Assembly: GCF_036507355.1 (NCBI RefSeq)
Contig: NZ_AP027877.1
From: Escherichia coli
Lineage (GTDB): Bacteria > Pseudomonadota > Gammaproteobacteria > Enterobacterales > Enterobacteriaceae
Direction: 5' to 3' (one strand)
Length of the DNA stretch: 64,000 bases
Each line of letters starts with the position of its first letter. Within the stretch, counting starts at the first letter, position 1. Both the position numbers and the translations under genes were made by a program. The notes below the pieces were generated by a model. It searched no databases and was not told the origin of the DNA. It saw nothing but the letters and a program-made list of their open reading frames with translations. Positions 60,006 through 64,000 of this stretch are shown piece by piece.

Positions 60006-60830
60006 ATGAAAAAGGTCGCAATTGTCGGGTTAGGGTGGTTAGGCATGCCGCTGGCGATGTCACTTTCAGCGCGAGGCTGGCAAGTCACCGGGAGTAAAAC
60101 CACACAAGATGGTGTCGAAGCGGCCCGAATGAGTGGCATTGATAGCTATCTGCTTCGCATGGAGCCTGAGTTAGTTTGCGATTCTGACGATCTGGATGCC
60201 CTGATGGATGCCGATGCGCTGGTCATTACGCTTCCGGCACGTCGTAGCGGCCCCGGCGATGAGTTCTATTTACAAGCGGTACAAGAGTTAGTGGATAGCG
60301 CGCTGGCCCATCGTATTCCCCGAATTATTTTTACCAGCTCAACATCTGTCTATGGCGACGCGCAAGGCACGGTGAAAGAAACCACCTCGCGTAATCCGGT
60401 AACCAACAGTGGACGAGTATTAGAAGAACTCGAAGACTGGCTGCACAATTTACCCGGTACTTCGGTCGATATTCTGCGTCTTGCGGGCCTGGTCGGACCG
60501 GGACGTCATCCCGGACGCTTCTTTGCCGGAAAAACCGCGCCTGATGGTGAACATGGTGTTAATTTAGTCCATTTAGAAGATGTTATTGGCGCTATCACTC
60601 TGTTGTTACAGGCACCTAAAGGCGGACACATCTATAATATATGTGCGCCATCTCACCCTGCGCGTAATGTTTTCTATCCGCAGATGGCCCGTTTACTGGG
60701 GCTGGAACCTCCGCAGTTCAGAAATAGTCTGGACAGCGGCAAAGGTAAGATTATTGATGGCAGTCGGATTTGTAATGAACTGGGATTTGAATACCAGTAT
60801 CCCGATCCGCTGGTAATGCCGCTGGAGTAA
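60006..60830 (+). CDS. yeeZ: NAD(P)-binding epimerase/dehydratase-family protein
   Basis: 274 aa; MKKVAIVGLGWLGMPLA Rossmann N-terminus. Confidence 0.9.
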   Translation: MKKVAIVGLGWLGMPLAMSLSARGWQVTGSKTTQDGVEAARMSGIDSYLLRMEPELVCDSDDLDALMDADALVITLPARRSGPGDEFYLQAVQELVDSALAHRIPRIIFTSSTSVYGDAQGTVKETTSRNPVTNSGRVLEELEDWLHNLPGTSVDILRLAGLVGPGRHPGRFFAGKTAPDGEHGVNLVHLEDVIGAITLLLQAPKGGHIYNICAPSHPARNVFYPQMARLLGLEPPQFRNSLDSGKGKIIDGSRICNELGFEYQYPDPLVMPLE

Positions 60831-60875
60831 ACGATCACGCCAGCAGGACGCCGCATGCACTGCAAGGGGGCGTGT

Positions 60876-61805
60876 ATGAAACCACTGCTGGATGTGTTGA
60901 TGATCCTCGATGCCTTAGAAAAAGAAGGCAGTTTTGCGGCGGCGTCGGCCAAACTCTACAAGACGCCGTCCGCTCTGAGTTACACCGTTCACAAGCTGGA
61001 AAGCGACCTTAATATTCAATTACTTGATCGTAGCGGTCACCGCGCTAAATTCACCCGTACCGGAAAAATGTTATTAGAGAAGGGGCGGGAAGTTCTGCAT
61101 ACCGTGCGAGAACTGGAAAAGCAGGCGATCAAACTGCATGAAGGCTGGGAAAACGAGCTGGTGATTGGCGTGGACGACACGTTTCCTTTTTCTCTGCTTG
61201 CGCCACTGATTGAAGCTTTTTATCAACATCATAGCGTGACGCGCCTGAAGTTTATCAATGGCGTACTCGGTGGTTCCTGGGATGCCCTGACTCAGGGGCG
61301 AGCGGATATTATTGTTGGCGCGATGCATGAGCCACCATCTTCCAGTGAGTTTGGTTTCTCGCGGTTGGGCGATCTGGAACAAGTCTTTGCGGTCGCGCCT
61401 CATCATCCGTTAGCCCAGGAAGAAGAACCGTTAAACCGTCGTATCATTAAACGATATCGGGCGATTGTGGTGGGGGACACTGCGCAGGCCGGCGCTTCTA
61501 CGGCCTCACAACTTCTCGACGAACAAGAAGCCATTACCGTTTTCGATTTTAAAACCAAGCTGGAGCTGCAAATTAGCGGCCTCGGCTGCGGCTATTTACC
61601 CCGTTATCTGGCGCAACGTTTTCTCGATAGTGGCGCGTTAATCGAGAAGAAAGTGGTCGCCCAAACTCTCTTTGAACCCGTCTGGATTGGCTGGAATGAA
61701 CAGACCGCAGGGCTTGCCAGCGGCTGGTGGCGGGATGAAATTTTAGCAAATAGTGCGATCGCCGGTGTTTATGCAAAATCTGATGACGGAAAATCAGCCA
61801 TTTAA
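60876..61805 (+). CDS. yeeY: LysR-family transcriptional regulator
   Basis: Start at MKPLLDVLMILDALEKEGSFAAAS (309 aa); N-terminal HTH. Confidence 0.9.
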   Translation: MKPLLDVLMILDALEKEGSFAAASAKLYKTPSALSYTVHKLESDLNIQLLDRSGHRAKFTRTGKMLLEKGREVLHTVRELEKQAIKLHEGWENELVIGVDDTFPFSLLAPLIEAFYQHHSVTRLKFINGVLGGSWDALTQGRADIIVGAMHEPPSSSEFGFSRLGDLEQVFAVAPHHPLAQEEEPLNRRIIKRYRAIVVGDTAQAGASTASQLLDEQEAITVFDFKTKLELQISGLGCGYLPRYLAQRFLDSGALIEKKVVAQTLFEPVWIGWNEQTAGLASGWWRDEILANSAIAGVYAKSDDGKSAI

Positions 61806-61891
61806 AGAAAAATTATTATGACAAGCCTCTCATTCTCTTGTCATTCCCCCCCCATTTAGGCACAATGCGCCGCTGTCAAAAAATGACTAAA

Positions 61892-61924
61892 AACCGACGT
61901 TTCATCAGCGTCGGTTATTTTTTG
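61892..61924 (+). terminator. Probable rho-independent terminator
   Basis: aaccgacg...cgtcggtt stem followed by T-run. Confidence 0.55.
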
Positions 61925-62071
61925 CTTCAAACCAATCATTCATACCAAGAGGCCGGGCTTCGTACCGGATAGATATTTACTAAAAATCGACAGTTGTTGT
62001 CGCTGAGGAATCCAAAAAAATGGGGCAATTTTTTGCTTACGCGACGGTTATCACCGTAAAGGAGAATGACC

Positions 62072-63430
62072 ATGTCGCATAACGTTACTCCAAACACCTC
62101 TCGCGTGGAATTGCGTAAAACGCTTACGTTAGTTCCGGTTGTAATGATGGGTCTTGCCTATATGCAGCCGATGACGCTGTTTGATACTTTTGGTATCGTT
62201 TCAGGCCTCACGGATGGTCATGTGCCGACAGCCTATGCGTTCGCATTGATTGCGATCCTGTTTACGGCTCTGAGCTACGGGAAGCTGGTTCGCCGCTATC
62301 CTTCTGCTGGCTCTGCATACACTTACGCCCAGAAATCCATTAGCCCGACTGTCGGCTTTATGGTGGGTTGGTCTTCTCTGCTCGACTATCTGTTCGCGCC
62401 GATGATCAACATTCTGCTGGCGAAAATCTATTTTGAAGCTCTGGTGCCTTCCATCCCATCGTGGATGTTTGTGGTGGCGCTGGTGGCCTTTATGACCGCC
62501 TTTAACCTGCGTAGTCTGAAATCCGTAGCGAACTTCAACACTGTAATCGTCGTGTTGCAGGTAGTGCTGATCGCGGTGATTCTGGGCATGGTTGTTTATG
62601 GCGTATTTGAAGGTGAAGGCGCTGGTACGCTGGCGAGCACTCGTCCATTCTGGTCTGGCGATGCGCATGTTATCCCGATGATTACCGGGGCGACAATCCT
62701 GTGCTTCTCCTTTACCGGCTTTGACGGCATCAGCAATCTGTCGGAAGAAACCAAAGATGCAGAGCGCGTGATCCCGCGTGCGATTTTCCTGACCGCGCTG
62801 ATCGGCGGCATGATCTTCATCTTTGCAACTTACTTCCTGCAGCTGTACTTCCCGGATATCTCTCGCTTTAAAGATCCGGATGCGTCACAGCCTGAAATCA
62901 TGCTGTACGTTGCGGGTAAAGCGTTCCAGGTTGGCGCGCTGATCTTCTCCACCATTACCGTACTGGCGTCCGGTATGGCGGCGCATGCAGGCGTAGCGCG
63001 TCTGATGTACGTAATGGGTCGTGACGGCGTATTCCCGAAAAGCTTCTTCGGTTATGTACACCCGAAATGGCGTACTCCGGCGATGAACATCATCCTGGTT
63101 GGCGCGATTGCCCTGCTGGCAATCAACTTCGACCTGGTAATGGCTACGGCGCTGATCAACTTTGGTGCGTTGGTGGCGTTCACCTTCGTTAACCTGTCGG
63201 TCATCTCGCAGTTCTGGATCCGTGAGAAGCGTAATAAGACGCTGAAAGATCACTTCCAGTATCTGTTCCTGCCGATGTGTGGTGCGCTGACCGTTGGTGC
63301 GCTGTGGGTTAACCTGGAAGAAAGCTCAATGGTTCTGGGTCTGATCTGGGCTGCTATCGGTCTGATTTACCTGGCTTGCGTCACCAAGAGCTTCCGTAAC
63401 CCGGTTCCGCAGTACGAAGACGTAGCATAA
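62072..63430 (+). CDS. plaP: Putrescine importer (APC family)
   Basis: Start at [16 protein letters not shown] (452 aa); polytopic. Confidence 0.9.
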   Translation: MSHNVTPNTSRVELRKTLTLVPVVMMGLAYMQPMTLFDTFGIVSGLTDGHVPTAYAFALIAILFTALSYGKLVRRYPSAGSAYTYAQKSISPTVGFMVGWSSLLDYLFAPMINILLAKIYFEALVPSIPSWMFVVALVAFMTAFNLRSLKSVANFNTVIVVLQVVLIAVILGMVVYGVFEGEGAGTLASTRPFWSGDAHVIPMITGATILCFSFTGFDGISNLSEETKDAERVIPRAIFLTALIGGMIFIFATYFLQLYFPDISRFKDPDASQPEIMLYVAGKAFQVGALIFSTITVLASGMAAHAGVARLMYVMGRDGVFPKSFFGYVHPKWRTPAMNIILVGAIALLAINFDLVMATALINFGALVAFTFVNLSVISQFWIREKRNKTLKDHFQYLFLPMCGALTVGALWVNLEESSMVLGLIWAAIGLIYLACVTKSFRNPVPQYEDVA

Positions 63431-63448
63431 TCATCTTTTCTAATAATC

Positions 63449-63487
63449 AACCGGAGTCGAATGAATATTTGGCTCCGGTTTTTTTAT
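63449..63487 (+). terminator. Rho-independent terminator after plaP
   Basis: aaccggag...ctccggtt stem followed by T-run. Confidence 0.7.
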
Positions 63488-63608
63488 TCTTTTTTATCGA
63501 AATCCTCATTAAGAACCATTTGTTCTAATTTAGAGAATTTGGTTATTGGTCTGCATTCCACCAGTCATGAATAATTTCCTCATTAACATTCATCTGGTTA
63601 ATTAATTT

Positions 63609-64000
63609 ATGTTTTCAATGATATTAAGCGGGCTAATTTGTGGTGCTCTGCTGGGATTTGTCATGCAGCGTGGGCGTTTTTGCCTGACTGGTGGTTTTCG
63701 CGATATGTATATCGCGAAAAATAATCGCATGTTTTACGCCTTGCTGATTGCAATTTCGGTACAAAGTGTGGGGGTTTTTGCGTTAATTCAGGCGGGCCTA
63801 CTGACTTACGAAGCCGGGGCGTTCCCGTGGCTTGGTACTGTTATAGGTGGGTATATCTTCGGGCTGGGAATTGTTCTGGCGGGTGGATGTGCCACCGGGA
63901 CCTGGTATCGCGCGGGTGAGGGATTGATCGGCAGTTGGATCGCGCTTTTCACTTATATGGTGATGAGTGCGGTGATGCGTTCTCCACATGCCAGTAGTTT
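63609..64000 (+). CDS. yeeE: Thiosulfate transporter YeeE/TsuA family, 3' end truncated by window edge
   Basis: MFSMILSGLICGALLGFVMQRGRFCLTGGFRD... open to the end of the window; not in the ORF track because it has no stop. Confidence 0.85.
   Translation, partial: MFSMILSGLICGALLGFVMQRGRFCLTGGFRDMYIAKNNRMFYALLIAISVQSVGVFALIQAGLLTYEAGAFPWLGTVIGGYIFGLGIVLAGGCATGTWYRAGEGLIGSWIALFTYMVMSAVMRSPHASS

Overview
This window reads as an Escherichia coli-type chromosomal segment, in reverse orientation relative to the K-12 map. Gene order: yegK (5' truncated) - yegI - yegD - alkA - dgcE(yegE) - udk - dcd - asmA - [IS110-family insertion] - yegH - complete colanic acid cluster (wza, wzb, wzc, wcaA-F, gmd, fcl, gmm, wcaI, cpsB, cpsG, wcaJ, wzxC, wcaK, wcaL, wcaM) - galF - AT-rich O-antigen cluster (two glycosyltransferases, manC, manB, wzy, wzx) - gnd - ugd - wzzB - his operon (hisIFAHBCDG with hisL and attenuator, minus strand) - yeeZ - yeeY - plaP - yeeE (3' truncated). 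All calls are from reading the translations and sequence by eye; no database search was run. The parts that look accessory are (i) an IS110/IS1111-family element between asmA and yegH, whose 3' flank carries a roughly 175-nt region of nested inverted repeats that I propose as a candidate bridge-RNA-like ncRNA, and (ii) the serotype-specific O-antigen cluster between the JUMPstart/ops element and gnd. Also worth a second look are the yegK-yegI phosphatase/kinase pair, which resembles the TerY-P triad, and the apparent absence of yefM-yoeB upstream of hisL. IS boundaries and the ncRNA are inferences, not demonstrated.
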